From contig JAYWIR010000028.1 of assembly GCA_036172245.1 (NCBI GenBank), positions 1,674,001 through 1,738,000 of the forward strand: a stretch of DNA of 64,000 nt. Direction: 5' to 3'. How positions within the stretch are numbered: position 1 is the first letter of the stretch; each line of letters opens with the position of its first letter. The translations under genes and the position numbers were made by a program. Shown one piece after another: positions 1 through 12,379 of the stretch. Origin of the DNA: Raillietiella orientalis (lineage: Eukaryota). Below the pieces are notes generated by a model that saw only the letters and a list, made by a program, of their open reading frames with translations, was not told the origin of the DNA and ran no database searches.

Positions 1-99
1 TCGTCGTCATGAGAACAGCGTAACTGGGGCCTTGGAAGAAGATTTACCTCCGAAGGAGGAGGGGAGGAGGAGGAAGGATCCTTTCCCGATGCATGTGCG

Positions 100-620
100 A
101 CGTCTGCCTGCGCGGGGCGTCCTGGGCAAACCCGAACTTGGATTTCAGCTCGCCCGGAGGAACCGTCCGGCTGCGCGCCAACGGTCACTCCGGTCCAGAA
201 CTCTCCTCCTTTCGACTCGGCGACGAGACGAGCGCGGAAGCATCACCTGCAGGAAGCGGATGCTCAACCTGGCTGGCTGGGGGAAGCCCCGATCTGGAAA
301 CGGCCGCCCTTCCCATTCCGGCTTGCTGCCTGCCTCCTGCGACTCTCTGCTTTGGTCGGATGCGGTTCGAACGCGTTTCCATGGCGAGGGCGGCCGCTTC
401 GGCGAGGATTCCTCCCACCTGGCCTGTGCTGGGGAGTTTCCTCGCCTTGCCGCCGGCTGCCTCCCCCGCTTTTCCGCCTTCTGAGCCCCGCCGTCCCCCC
501 CCATGTGGGCTGAGTTCTGCTCTGGGCTCGCGAAGAGCACGCGCAGAAGAACGCAAGAAGGCAGATGCGGACGCCGGAACGGCGCGCTTTCTGTTCGTCC
601 GAACCTCACGCAGCAGATCT
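100..620 (-). mobile_element. Possible N-terminal remnant (C2H2 zinc finger/Myb-like) of an R2-like non-LTR ORF
   Basis: Minus-strand frames give RPFPDRGFPQPARLSIRF (resembles a decayed C..C.R.F.....LS.H finger) followed by FWT and PGR words as in the R2 Myb-like domain; the cysteines and histidines are lost, so this is weak. Confidence 0.25.
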
Positions 621-2171
621 TTGACGTGGACCGCGAGCTCTCAGCCAGGTGATGCCGAAGGTCGCTTTGCTTTTCCCTTTGGAATTATCCTGCGGCTCTG
701 CGGAGGACCACAACAGCTGTACTGCTTTATACTATCCTTATCTGCATCTTTTGCATACCCTTACGGGAAATTCTCCATGCATTCAGCAACGCATTCCCTA
801 AGAACATTTGAAAGCTTTAAAACTGGAGAAAAAAAAAAAAAAAAAAGAAGTCCTACGAGCCCCATCCCAGTCCTTCAGCTCGGAAAACGTGAGAGGGCGT
901 TATCTTGAAGCTGCCATCCATTCTCCCAGGCGCCGAACGGTGACTGGCGATGAGGGGAACAATCGAGAGAGCCCCTCCATCACTTTCCCATAATCAAGGG
1001 ATGCTGGGCACAACCCGTTGAGCATCTTCGTCTGAGTGATCAAAAGAACTCTGACGTTTCACTCGAGATTAGAAGCCCCCGGATGGTTCTATTGTTTCTT
1101 TCCAGGAGGTCACGAGTTCAAAGTATCCTGCGACGATCCCAGGCAACGGTTCTCGGGTGTTTCGGACGTGAAATTTTCGGAGATGCTGCGGGGTTTGCCG
1201 GAGGAACATCTGCACTGAGGAGAGCAGGGAGTCCTGCTCATCCCTCCCTCCCGCTGCTGAGAGTTGAAGCTGATCGAAAGCCGACGAGCCCCATCGGCTC
1301 TACGAGGTCTCGCATCTGCACCACGAGGGAAAACCCACGGGTGTGACTCAGACAACGTCTGGGAAGAGTCCGGGAGAGAAGGAGAGAGAGAGAGAGAGGA
1401 AACATGGGATCTCTAGAAAGACATGACGGTAGCCGAGCTGCCGAAGAGACGGGACCGAGCCGGGCTGCTGCGTGCCGAGCGAGCGCGACGCCTGTCCTCG
1501 AACGCCGGCGGCGTCGAGCTACTGGAGGACGTCGCCCTTTGCTGCGAAGTACTGGGACTCGGGCATCCTGGTAGCTTCCGATGATTCGGCAGTCCAGGAG
1601 TCATCAGACACCGAATGTTGTCGGTCACCTGCAGTGACCACTAACGTCCACGAGAAAAGCCAAAAAAAAAAAAGACATTCGCACGAGTTGTCGCGTTCCT
1701 GAGGAAAGCCCGGCTGGAAGTGAGGCGTTGGGGATCCTTAGGTCCTCCCGTTCGCGAAGGTCTCGAAATATGCTGATGTTTCGGGAATTGTCCTCGTGGA
1801 AAAATCCATCGGAGAGCTGTAGAGAATCTCCCGCTCCTTCAAGCAGTGCCATCCCGGAGCCTTCCCGTGTCGTCCTAGCAAGGAGCTGAAGAGGCGAGCA
1901 AGGGAAGCTGTGAGACGTCCGGGAGATCAGGGTCCGACAGTCCTCAACCCTTCCTTGTCCAGCAAAGCGGGGTGGGTGCCCCCGACCGAGACGGGACTCA
2001 GCTTGCGCACCTTCCTTGCCGCCCTCCCCTTGGAGGGAATTCTCTACCGATTCGATCTGCCAGAGGGAGGATTCCTCGAGGACCGCAGAAGCTCCTCCGC
2101 TTTACATGAACCTCGTCTTTGAGCGCCGAAATTCGGAATGCCGGAAGGTTTGCACCTGGTCGCGCCGGGAC

Positions 2172-5100
2172 ATCTGTTTAGAAAACACACCACAGATAAG
2201 GGAAGCAGCATCCCCTAAATACAAGTGATGCTGGGGATAACCACAGGCACGCAGACCGGTCTTCAGGGAAGTCTGGAACGGGAGGGAGAAAGCAATAAAT
2301 AAATAAAAGACGGGAGGGTAGGGTGGGAGCAGGGGTCCTCGGCATAGCGCTTTCCTTCCTTCCTAAAAGCGGCTGTGGATGGTGGCGATCTCCCTGACGG
2401 CTTCTTCTTGCAGGTGAGGCCACCTTACAGCCTTCCTCATTGAGCGGCCGTCATACGGATGGTCTCCCTTCGCTGAGAGTGAGCCTCCATCACGGAGAGG
2501 ACTGTCACCACGGCGCGGAGGCAACATCTCGTTGCGATGACGACGCCCGCAGTCAGCCCGCCTTAAGAGAAGAAGCGCCGCGGCGCGTCCGCAGCGGTGT
2601 CCTCCGGGTAGCGGACCGCTAGAGGCTGGTCTCCTCCAAACGTCCTTTAGGGAACTGCGGTCCAACAAGAGTTGCGGGAAAGATTCCGTCATCTCAAATG
2701 GTTCGGGGAAGCGGCTCTCCCGGAGTCTGCTCCGATCGCACCGGAATTTCCAGTGCAGAAACAGCAGGGCATTCCGTTTCCACCGTAGAGGTGGCACCGT
2801 GGTGTCTACACACAGGGGAGGGGGCCACGAGTCATTCGAAGAGAGCTCACCAAGCAGATCGTTACACCAAAGGAGTCCCTTTATTCGAGAGCGAGGAGTG
2901 GAGCCGTCCACCAACGGGCTCGTCTTTCAGGACTCGCTGTGCCAGGTCACCTCCCTTCGGGCCGTGACTCAGGGCTATTTGGAGGACAAAGGAGACTCCA
3001 ACAAACCTTGAAGGAAGCTCAGGGGCACCGTTGGTCCATCTGTCCCAGCCTCCGCCCGGAACGGGGGGAAAAGGCGGCGCCACGCGACCCTGCTGGCCCC
3101 TTTTCTGGTGTAGCCTTCCGCGGGTGCCTGCCGAAGTCGCCTTCTGCTCCAGGTAACCTCAATTCGCGCCGTCAACCCTGCGCTACCCTGAGAGCGCGAC
3201 ACGGGGATATTCACAGGGAGGAGGCGACCCCAGAAAACCTCCAAAGGGACGCCAGGGCGCCGTCGATCCACCCCTCTAAGCCTCATCCCGAATCGAGTCG
3301 AGGATTTCCTCGACTGCCGCAATCGCCCGGGAGAACTCCCACCCCGCCGGCTGGCTGCTGCCGTCGCTTGTCCTGAGAGCAGGCAGTTATGCTGCAGGGG
3401 GCGTGGCGGTTATCCGGACCGCAGAGTCCAGTCCTTCAGGACATCCCCTGGAGGTTTGCATGGGAGTTTCCGTAGCGGACGAAGTTCCTCTGGGAGCACT
3501 TCCGGAGTGGCAACCTCAGGGTTGCAATGCCACTTGCCGCCAGATATCCCACTTTTTGGTCGGAAGGAAATCCACGGGTAAGCTTCAAGCAGTGAGGGAG
3601 GATGCCTCAGGGAAAAGCCAAAATCACCCACTCCTTGCAGCAGCAAACGAAGTCCTTCGCTTCCATCAAGCGCATCTCCGGAGGATATGGCGTGCCGGAG
3701 CACACCACGAAGTCCGCAATTAGGCGCAAAGGGTCAAAAGCTGGAGCATCCTTGCCGAAAGCGCTGATCATCTGCAGTCTCGCACTTCCTGGGGATCTTC
3801 CTCGCTCCGTGCACTTTCCGGGAGAGCGCGCTTCTCTGTTCCCTGCACTGCTTTCTGTTCTGAACGAAGAGATCGGCCGCGTCCTTCCTCTCGCTCCTTT
3901 TTTCCCGCCACCTCCTCGCGCGAGTACGAAGGCGCGTCCTCAGCTTCTTCCCACTCCGAATTAGTTTGACGTCTGCCGACGAAAGCCCTGGGGGACCGAG
4001 AGGGAGTTTCCAGATTCGGGGACATGCCAAAGGTGCTCTCCCTAACAGGATCCTTCCTCTCCGAAGGAGTCGTTCGGAGCCTCCTTCCTTCAGTGGGAGA
4101 TCAGGCGCAAGGAGGGCGAACTTTCCGTGAGAACCTGGGAGCGCCGTGAGGGAAAGGTTCGCCATCCGGTATGGTCTGGAACGGGAACGGTAAGTTTCGT
4201 TTTCTGCGCGGTGTGCGGAGAGGGCAATCCCCATCCGCGCCCGAGGACCCTTCCTGTTAAGACAGGGGGAACAAAGATGTAATCAAGACAACTAATTATG
4301 GTGAAGATGAAAAGGAAATCACCTTGGGAACCATTCCAAGGGAAAGCAGAGAGTGTCCGGCTCTCCCGCTATTTTCCCGCGATCCTCCCCTCCCTTTCCA
4401 TTTTGGCGGGAAAAGTGACGTCAGCAAGGGGCAAGGTTCGCGCGATGCTTCCGCCCGCCATGGAAACAAGGCGGCGCCTCTCCGAAGGGACGGACGAGTT
4501 CCCCTATTTGGGGACCAGTCAAACGCGCTTCCCTGCCAGGATCCTTCTTCCGCCCCCGAAGGACTCGTTTCCCACATGGTGGCTTAATCGGACCCGCAGT
4601 CCAGTCCGCGCAGCCGAACGGCGACCGTCACACTCTTCCGATCGTTGCCTTGAAATGGGAGGCGTCGTGGATCTCTCGTCGTGGTCCTGCGTTTGTCCTG
4701 AGCGAATTCATCCTCGCGTTCGACTCTGGACCCCCGCAGCTTCACGTGCCTCATGCATGCGCACAATGCACACCGTTCACGCCGTGGGGACACCGTCGCC
4801 TGGTCGCGACTCGGATCACAAGACAAAGATAGGTATGCGCGCAGGCATCTTCGTTAGCCTGGAAGCAGAAGCCACAGCGGGGATAACCACGAGAAGGAGG
4901 AACGGAAAGTGTTCGGTGGATGACCGCATTGGAAAAGTGGGATGTAGGTTCTCGCCTACGGCACGCCTCTCCCCAAGTGCTCCGAACGCACCCTACTCTC
5001 GATTGTCAGTTGTTCACCCGTGCGGCGGTCCACTCTCTGAGGGACCCAGTAGGAACCCAAATGTGTCGCCATGGCGTCTCCTGTTTCCTCCATGAGGCTG

Positions 5101-5700
5101 CTTTTCTGCATCCGACAGATTCCGACTCCTCCCAGCGTCGCGCGTCTGTGTTCTCGCTCCGAGAGGTCGATGAAGATGATGGTGCATGATGAAGGGAACG
5201 GAGGACTGGACCAACGCAGCTACGTAGAGAAGGGCTCTTTAGCGCAGATCTAAAAGAGAATTCCAACTCTGGATTCAACCGGAAACGGGGAAAATCTTCC
5301 CCCTCTGTCGACCTCCCGGAATGTTTTGTTTTTCTTGCATCCATCATACGCCACATCATACGTCGAGTGCATCCCGAGGTTGAGAGTCATTTGGGCGACC
5401 CCACCCTTCCGAGAGAGAGGCCCGAATCCGTTGCCACGGACGCTCCCGTTTCCGCCACGACGACGTTGCGACCCGACAGATTGCGACGCCTCCCAGTGCG
5501 GCTCGTTCCCGCTCCCAGTGGTCGGCTGGGACTCCGGCAGCATGCTGACCCGCGCTGCGCCACGCCTGCTCCGAACAGTCCACGGGAAGCGGGAACCGGC
5601 AGCTGCGGCGGGGACTTTCGTCTTGGCGACCAAGTGGAGAGAGAGAGAGAGGTGTGTTGGGAGGAAGGTTCCGGCTGACTTGACGACCGGCGGCGGCGGG
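2172..5700 (-). mobile_element. Degenerate R2-like (RLE-clade) non-LTR retrotransposon, longest copy of a family in this window
   Basis: Collinear minus-strand motifs across frameshifts: finger-like DCS..WRSAGQH (~5540-5590), PWRHIWVPTGSLR (~5040-5075; RT domain 2 RPI), GSWQGS (~4525-4545; QG motif), L-A-x-A-D-V after removing a 1-nt insertion (4417-4435; YADD-type), IWKLP..P..ADVK (~3965-4020; thumb), RKCS...ETPMQTSRGCP (~3436-3505; CCHC-type), ORF end IHSRF* at 2363 and a ~190-nt 3' UTR. DNA homology to 45848-46935, 38962-39701 and ~51430-52072. Confidence 0.6.
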
Positions 5701-6899
5701 TGGTGCTTGCACTGACCGTTCCGCTTTGCCGAGGTGCTGCCGGAAGCACAAGTCCCGTTCGGCTTGCGACGCCGCGTCCCAAGGTGCAGCGGCTTCCGTT
5801 TGCTCCAAAAGAAGAGACACGAAACGCCCTTTTGCTGCTCGTAGGGGAGACGTGCGAGTGGAGCCGAGTGCGCGAATGCGCCCTTCTTGCATGCCCGCGA
5901 TCGCGTGGCGCGCGGGAAGAGACGTCCGAGATGGTCATTACCAGGGGGGAAAAAAAATCTCCTATTTGTTATTTTGGACGTTTAATTAATTTGTTCATCT
6001 GGGCATTTATGTGTTTTAATTGGAGATGACGTGCATAATCAAAGTGTCACCTCAAAGGATGACCTACTTGGCTAAGGGAGAAATTTTTCTCGTGACGTGA
6101 AGCTGAAAGCATGAGAGGAGATCGACAGGAGTTTTAGATTTATGGCATCTTCAGGCAGAGCTCATTATTCTATTTATTTATTTGTTTCTTTAGAAGCCTC
6201 AAAAGCTCATGCAAGAAACATTGCCAAGCCCGTGAGGTATGCAGGGAGATACTACGCCGGGAACGGGCAACAGGAATGCCCCGGGAGGAAGTCCTCGGCC
6301 CTGCCTCAAAATAAATTCCATGCGAAATGACCACAGAAGAGCGGAATGCGCCTTCCGTGGGTGCCGTGCATGCCTCCCTCCTCTTCCTCCTGCTCCTGCT
6401 ACTTGAACACGCGGGAGCACGCGGTCCTTGGACGCCGTGGTGCGTGACGGCCCTTCGAAAAGACAAATGTGCGGGTTTCCGGGATGGGTAGCCTGCGGTT
6501 CGGTGAAATTCCGAGTGAGGACGGAGGAGGCGCAGGAGAAGAGCCTTAGGTCCTCCTACGGAGAGGAGCACCAGAAGTCATTCGCTTCTGTCCGTGTCTT
6601 TGTCGTTTCTTGTGCCTGCGGCCCTACGCGCAAGGGAAAGGAAGGAGCCCAGGAGCGTCCGCACCCTCGAAAGCAGCAGAGGAATGCTGAAACACTGTTC
6701 TTTTCCCTCTCCCTTCACGTCCAGATAGCGGCATCTGTTTCTTCTCCTCGAGTTCCGTGGATCCACGTGGACCTGTGGCGCCCGCCTCTGACAGGCGAGT
6801 TCGGCTGACAGAAGCGTATGAAGCACCGGATCCGTTCCCGGGAGAACTCTGGAACCAGGAAGAGGTGCCCGCTCGCCGGTGGGCGAGGGCAGACGACGG

Positions 6900-7900
6900 C
6901 GGGCGAGAATCTTATGCGGACCAAGGAAACGACGCCTTCCATTTCCCTTCCCGCTTCCTGGTTCTCCTGCTCCTGCCCGACTTTCCGCGAAAGGGCCGTC
7001 TTTCACTTTCCCGGATCCTCCAGGCGAATATGAAGGGATAAGGATAAGGGTGTGGAACGCTGACCTCTCTTCCCTGCAGCGTCGCATGCAGTCAAGGACG
7101 CAACCCAATCCTCGGGTCACACGGATCATCGGCCTCCGGCAGTTGGCTGGCACGGGCACGGAAACCCCCCGCAAAGAACCTTGCCAGTTACCCGGAGACG
7201 GGGTCGCGCGGGAAGAAGACTTTACTCCTCCCACTCTCCTCACAATGGCAGGAAGTGGACGGGTGGCACTAAGGTGAGGAGGAGGAGGAAGAAAGGAGCA
7301 GGAGAAGTAGGGGGAAGGATTTATTCCAACTGGGATTTATCCTCGGAAGCCAAGCTCGATCACAAAAGGATGACGCTCAGGGAAAACGGATGCTACAGGG
7401 AGAGGGGACCGCGGAAAGTGATGTCCTTGTCTAGGGAACGGGAACATTTTGGGGCGGGCATAGCAAGACGGCGGGAAGAGCTTTCCGTTGCTAGGCGTCG
7501 CTCCCCTCCTCTGCGTCTCTCGAAAGTTCGTTCTCGCAAGAGCCCGTGGCAGTTCATCACCGGGGAGGCAGGACTCGATCCTCGAGCAGGGCGAAGAGAA
7601 GACAGGAGGTCTCTCTCGCTCTTATGGACCCACAAGTTTTGCCGCGACCGGCTAGCGAGCCCAGCTGGGGGAGAAAAAGCCAAGCAGAGAATTCTGGAGC
7701 GTTTTCGGAGTGTGTGCATCCCTTTGGCTCATCCTTAGCAAAGAAGGCCGCATTCGTATTCCCGGCCGCGCTCTTCGCGTTCTTTTTAGGGATACGAAGG
7801 ACTTGAATCAAGACTCGCTCCCCTGGGGGCGCGACCTCGCTGCAGAAGACATCGCCCTATATATATATTTCCGTTCCATAGGAGGTCGCATCCTCTGTCC
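6900..7900 (-). mobile_element. Possible Gypsy gag (PNMA-like) and protease remnant
   Basis: Minus frames DVFCSEVAPPGE, RKRSRILCLAFSPPAGLA and RRGGERRLA..RRL resemble PNMA-type gag motifs (FSG..P..GE, KRRRLLESL.GPA, Q..GE...Y..RL); GCVLDC near 7090 lies where a protease active site would be. Confidence 0.3.
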
Positions 7901-8949
7901 TTTATCACGCATCTATTGCTTGCTTACCACGTTGTCTGCAGACAGCTACTCGGATGGATGGCTCTGGAAAGCTCACGCAAGGCTTGTCTTTCCCGAGCCG
8001 GTCCCGATTCCGTTTTTTGTCTTTCCCTTGAGAGAGCGTGCCGTGCACGTTTTTTTTTTTTCTTCTTCTTCTTCTCCTCCGGAAAGGCTAGTGTGTTCCG
8101 GAATGAGGAAAGTTGCGCTCCGCTTTTGCAGGAGTTCTCCCAGGGAAGCTCCTGGGAACGCTCGCAGCTTTCTCGCATGGCGGCACAAGGGGACGTGAAG
8201 CAACGGTAAGGGAAGATGGCGTCGCGCAGCCTTCAAGCGATTCCCGTGTTCAACCGCAACCCAGGACGCGTCTGCGCACCGCGAGTGCTCCGTGAAGGCG
8301 TCTGGGCGACATCTCGCGAGGATCCTTCGAACCGTTCGGGCGCAAGTCCTCCGCTCCCCCGGAAGAGTGCTGCCGTCGGCGAACCTCCCGCCGGTGTGTC
8401 TCCCTCTGCCAAGGAGTTTCCTCCGTCAGCTACCACCACCACCGTCTTCTCCCCGAGTTGCCTGGCTGCGTTTCCATTTGGCACATGGGAGCTCCCAAAC
8501 TGCTGATCAGTGAAACTGACACCGTCGCGTTTAAATGCTCCTGGAGCGGCGCCAGAACTGAATGGTTCTGCAGCCGCTCTTCGTGAGTCAACACGCACCC
8601 GCATTTTTATTTTTAAAAACGCAAGAAAGCAAAGTTTACGAAGAGCGGTGCGTGGCCGCGCGCGATGAGGACTATTCCGACCACCACGATGAGGGAACCG
8701 GCTGCGCCGTCGACGACGTGGCTGCCGCGATGGCAGAGGCTACGCCGCAGTGGTGGTCTCTGAGGCGCCGACGCTACGGAGGGCAGCCGGTGGAAGGGGG
8801 TCCTTCTTTTCCACCGTAAGGCGGGAGCGCCACGAGTTTGAAACACGGAACAGGGAAGTAGCGTGAGGGCAGGAAGAACACGATGCACAGATATTTCCTC
8901 CAGAGTCTCCCTTGAAGATATGACGCTTGTGTGCAAAGAGAGCGGATAA

Positions 8950-11900
8950 TGAACTCCACGATGGATACGCGGGCGTGCGATGCGGGTTTTTTGTTCCAGC
9001 CTCCTTCGCGGGATCCTGGAAGCCCTCATTATTTTCTAACAAGCATCTGCAATCCCACGGAGCAACTGCTCCGGAGCCATGCCGATGTCGTGGGCAGAGT
9101 ATTGATTTGTACTGTCGTCGACCCAATCTGTTTCGCATTTTAACTGCCGCCGTTATGGCGGCGCAGCATCCAGAGACGGCTCCTGGCCGAGACGGAAGCC
9201 ACGCTCCTGGATGACCCGAAACTTCGATTTTTTCCCAGCACGCAAACCGCTTCCTCCTTGTGCCCAGCGTGCGTCCCTGAGTCCGCGTCTATCATTCTTC
9301 GGGGAGATGGACTCCCATTCCTCCCTTTCCTAGAAGCCGGGACCTGGAAACGAGGGTGGGGATTTTGTTTTCATCCCTATTCTTACTACTTAAAGAATCT
9401 CCGAAGGACAAAAATGCCTGGGGCGCTTGAAAATTGTGCTCTTATTAAAGCTGTTCACGGCAAAATCCTTCACCACCTACCGAAGCGCATTCAGCTCCCC
9501 ATCCCTGTGTCCTCTTTTGAAAGGAGCTTCCCGATTTCTGGGTTCCGGGCTCCCATCATTGTGTTCTGGAAGTATCTCGGTAGTCGGGAGTGAAAATTTG
9601 CCTCCGCCCTGCCTTTTTTGGAAAACCGGGAGCTCAAGAAACTTCGTTCCCGGACCATCTTGTCAAAGTTGCAAACAGTTCCAGGTTTTCCCCCCCTCCC
9701 GATCGGGGGCAAATCGGATTGGTGCGGCCTTCCGATTTATCCCCATTCGAAACGTCAAAGACGGCCTTGTGTACAGCGCATGCTTATCTGTTCATCGTTT
9801 CAGAGGAAAGAGCTCATGGCTCTTTGGGCTCAAATGATCGTCCATGCTTTCTCTTCTTTTCCCTTCCTCAAACTTGGAAGAGCTTCAAGGGAACACGACT
9901 GCCGAAAGAGAGGATCTCAGGGTACGTCAAGTTGTCACGCCATTGGAAGCTGAGTCGGGAATCCCGAACTGGGCTGCCATCGCAAGCCAAGCTCGATTCC
10001 AGGGTGATGCCGAGCCACAGGGAAGTGCACCGGAGACAAGTAGGGCATCTTATCATCGACAGCGACGCGGAAGCAAAACCGGCAGAAACGTGAAGAGCGG
10101 TCAGGATTGTAGGGAGATGGTTTGTTCTTTCAGGGAAACAGCTTCGGGAGACGGAAAACGGGATGCCAGCGCAGGTGGGAGGGAGTTGGGTCTTCGAGGA
10201 GTTCCACTGTAAGATCTTGCCAGCGGGCGATTTCTGGCAATCTGCAACGGTTGTCGATGCGTGAAGTTTGCGTGAAGAACCTCTTGCGGGGAAGCGCTCT
10301 GTAAGCTCTCTCCTCCTTCGCCGAGAGTCAATGAGCAGCACTTTATAAGAGATTGTGAATTCCTCTCTTTTTTTCGTCGTTGTTCCGTCCGTGGGGAGTG
10401 ATCCACAGCGTCTTCCTTGCCCCTTTGGGACGGACACGGTTGAAAGCGGTCTTTGAGGTATAACAGTCACATGTAAACCAAGGATTCCATCCACGGTTGC
10501 ATCACACCAAAAGGCTAATTGCACCCTCGCGTACGTCTTCGTGCAAATCGAAAGCTGAAGGCGCCTCATCTCACTGCTGGACCCTCGAGCTGGGAGCATT
10601 CCAGAGAGTGCGCGCACACGCTAGGGACTCCTCCAAAATCGTGGTTCACAGTGGCCTTCCTGCTCCCGAAATTTCTTCATCCTGACTCCCAATGGAATCT
10701 TCCATTCATTCTATCAATTGAATGGTAATGTCTGCAGCTGCTCCTCTATCACCGACCCGACTCCACCCTACATCACATCATGAGGAAGTGCGTCACTGAA
10801 GAACCTTAAGTAAACCTTTGCCGGATTCCCCTCTGCGTTCCTCTCACCCTAACATTGTCGACTGCCCCCCCCCACCCATTCCTCCCCCTTAAAATATCAT
10901 CCCACACGGCTCCTCCTTGATCATAATTGAAATTGATTCTGACCTCTTATGAAAACGCTGCTTCCAAGACCCTGCTTATTTTAGTTAGCACATGTTCTCT
11001 AACACCACATCCTTGACCTTGCGACAACATCCCACGTCCTCATTCATGTCCTCATTCGCATGCCCTGCAAATAAAATTCAGCCGTGTTGTGCCGTGTATA
11101 AAATCGGTCTTATTCGATCCTTGGCAGCCCTTCCAGAAATATTCGCTGCCATTTGATTCCCGCTCGGATGCCAGAGACTTGGTACCATATTGACTTTAAA
11201 ATAAATTCCAAGTATACTTTAAAGGAGGTGCCATTCAGGAGGATTCCGATACTTCAGTTTTCACGTGACTCTCCGCTCGTCGGGGCTCTAGAATTTCGGA
11301 GCCGAACTTCCCCCCGAGTTTCAGGGAGCTCGAGGGAGGGCTAGCGTCTGCGGAACCAGGGAAGTGGGGTTTGCCATCTTGGTTGGTTGGTTCTGATCCC
11401 CCTTTGTTTCCTGAGCCTGCGAGCTCCGCCTGCTCTTCGTTTATCCCCGAAACGCTGTCGCGTGGTTTCGTCCGTCCCCAGATGCGCGATCCCGGATGGC
11501 AACGGTGGTCAGGCTGTCCGCGAGCCCGGTGGTCAGCCCGCCGGAAGGTGCCTCGATGTTGCCTCGCGCACGCCCGACGAGCTCCCCGAACACATGCACG
11601 GGATCGGGTCAGCCTCTTTTGTGCACGTCAGCGCGTCACCACCGGCAGGGCGGCATTCTGACTGCTGCTGATGCACTCCTGCATGCCATCACAGCAGGCA
11701 CCGTTCGGCCTCAGCCAGCTGTCCCGGCTGAGGTGACGACGTGCAACCGGAACTTGCTCAAGAGGTGCCGCTCCAGGCGATAGGTGATTTGCCTTTTTTC
11801 CTTTCTCGAAAATCTCTTCCTTGTCTAACAGATGTCTGAGAACAAGGAAGATGTGAGCAATAAATTTCATCTGAATTTCCGGCGTACACTCTTCTCCTCC

Positions 11901-11950
11901 TCCTTCCACGTCGATGGGCGGGACCCGATTCTTGTTCGTCCATAAATCGG
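8950..11950 (-). mobile_element. Degenerate Gypsy/Ty3 pol (RT-RNase H-integrase), interrupted by an RTE-like fragment
   Basis: RNase H motif FWCDATVDGILG...QRPLSTVS in ORF 9868..10617; integrase core RFG..RIL....AQFSS (~9420-9490); WVDD...HDIGMAPEQLLRG (~9050-9125); RT-like text at 11150-11800. The order RT-RH-IN is Gypsy-type. Confidence 0.55.
10725..11145 (-). mobile_element. 3' fragment of an RTE-clade LINE
   Basis: Minus frames IRPILYTAQ, MRMRT*MRTWDVV, VRVRGTQRGIRQRF match the RTE C-terminal consensus (IRP.LLYGAE, EMRMLRWMCGV, V.G.R.RGRP...W); lower GC than the flanks. Confidence 0.5.
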
Positions 11951-12379
11951 TTTCCATCGTGAAAATTTGCTTACCTGAGTAACCCTCCTCCCGGAGGGGG
12001 GAAGCACAGATTGAGGTCTTCATAAACAAGCCTCGTAAGCCTTCTATCCGGCCCGTGGATTAGCGTTCCCTTCCCTATTGTAGCTGGTAGGGGCGATGAG
12101 GTCCTGCGAGGAAACTTCCTTACTCGTGGGTGAGACGCGCATGAGTGGCCGTCCCTATTCGTTCATCCTGGGCGTACAGGAAGAAGGATAGGAAAAGTTT
12201 CTCATTTTCTCCTCTCCATCTGTTCCTGGAGGTAGCACTTCATTTGCACGTCTGAATGGGTAAGAATAGAAATGGATATGCACGTGGCTGTGAGTTTTGA
12301 TGATTCTGTGATTTGTGGAGGCTCGGTACATGCGCTACAGCAGCACTAAATCGTAATCCCATGGCTGTTTGTGACATTT

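Noticed and set aside
12030..12140. Structured segment resembling HDV or hammerhead ribozyme
   Set aside because: Several short stems, but neither strand gives a complete nested pseudoknot or CUGANGA core; single copy here.
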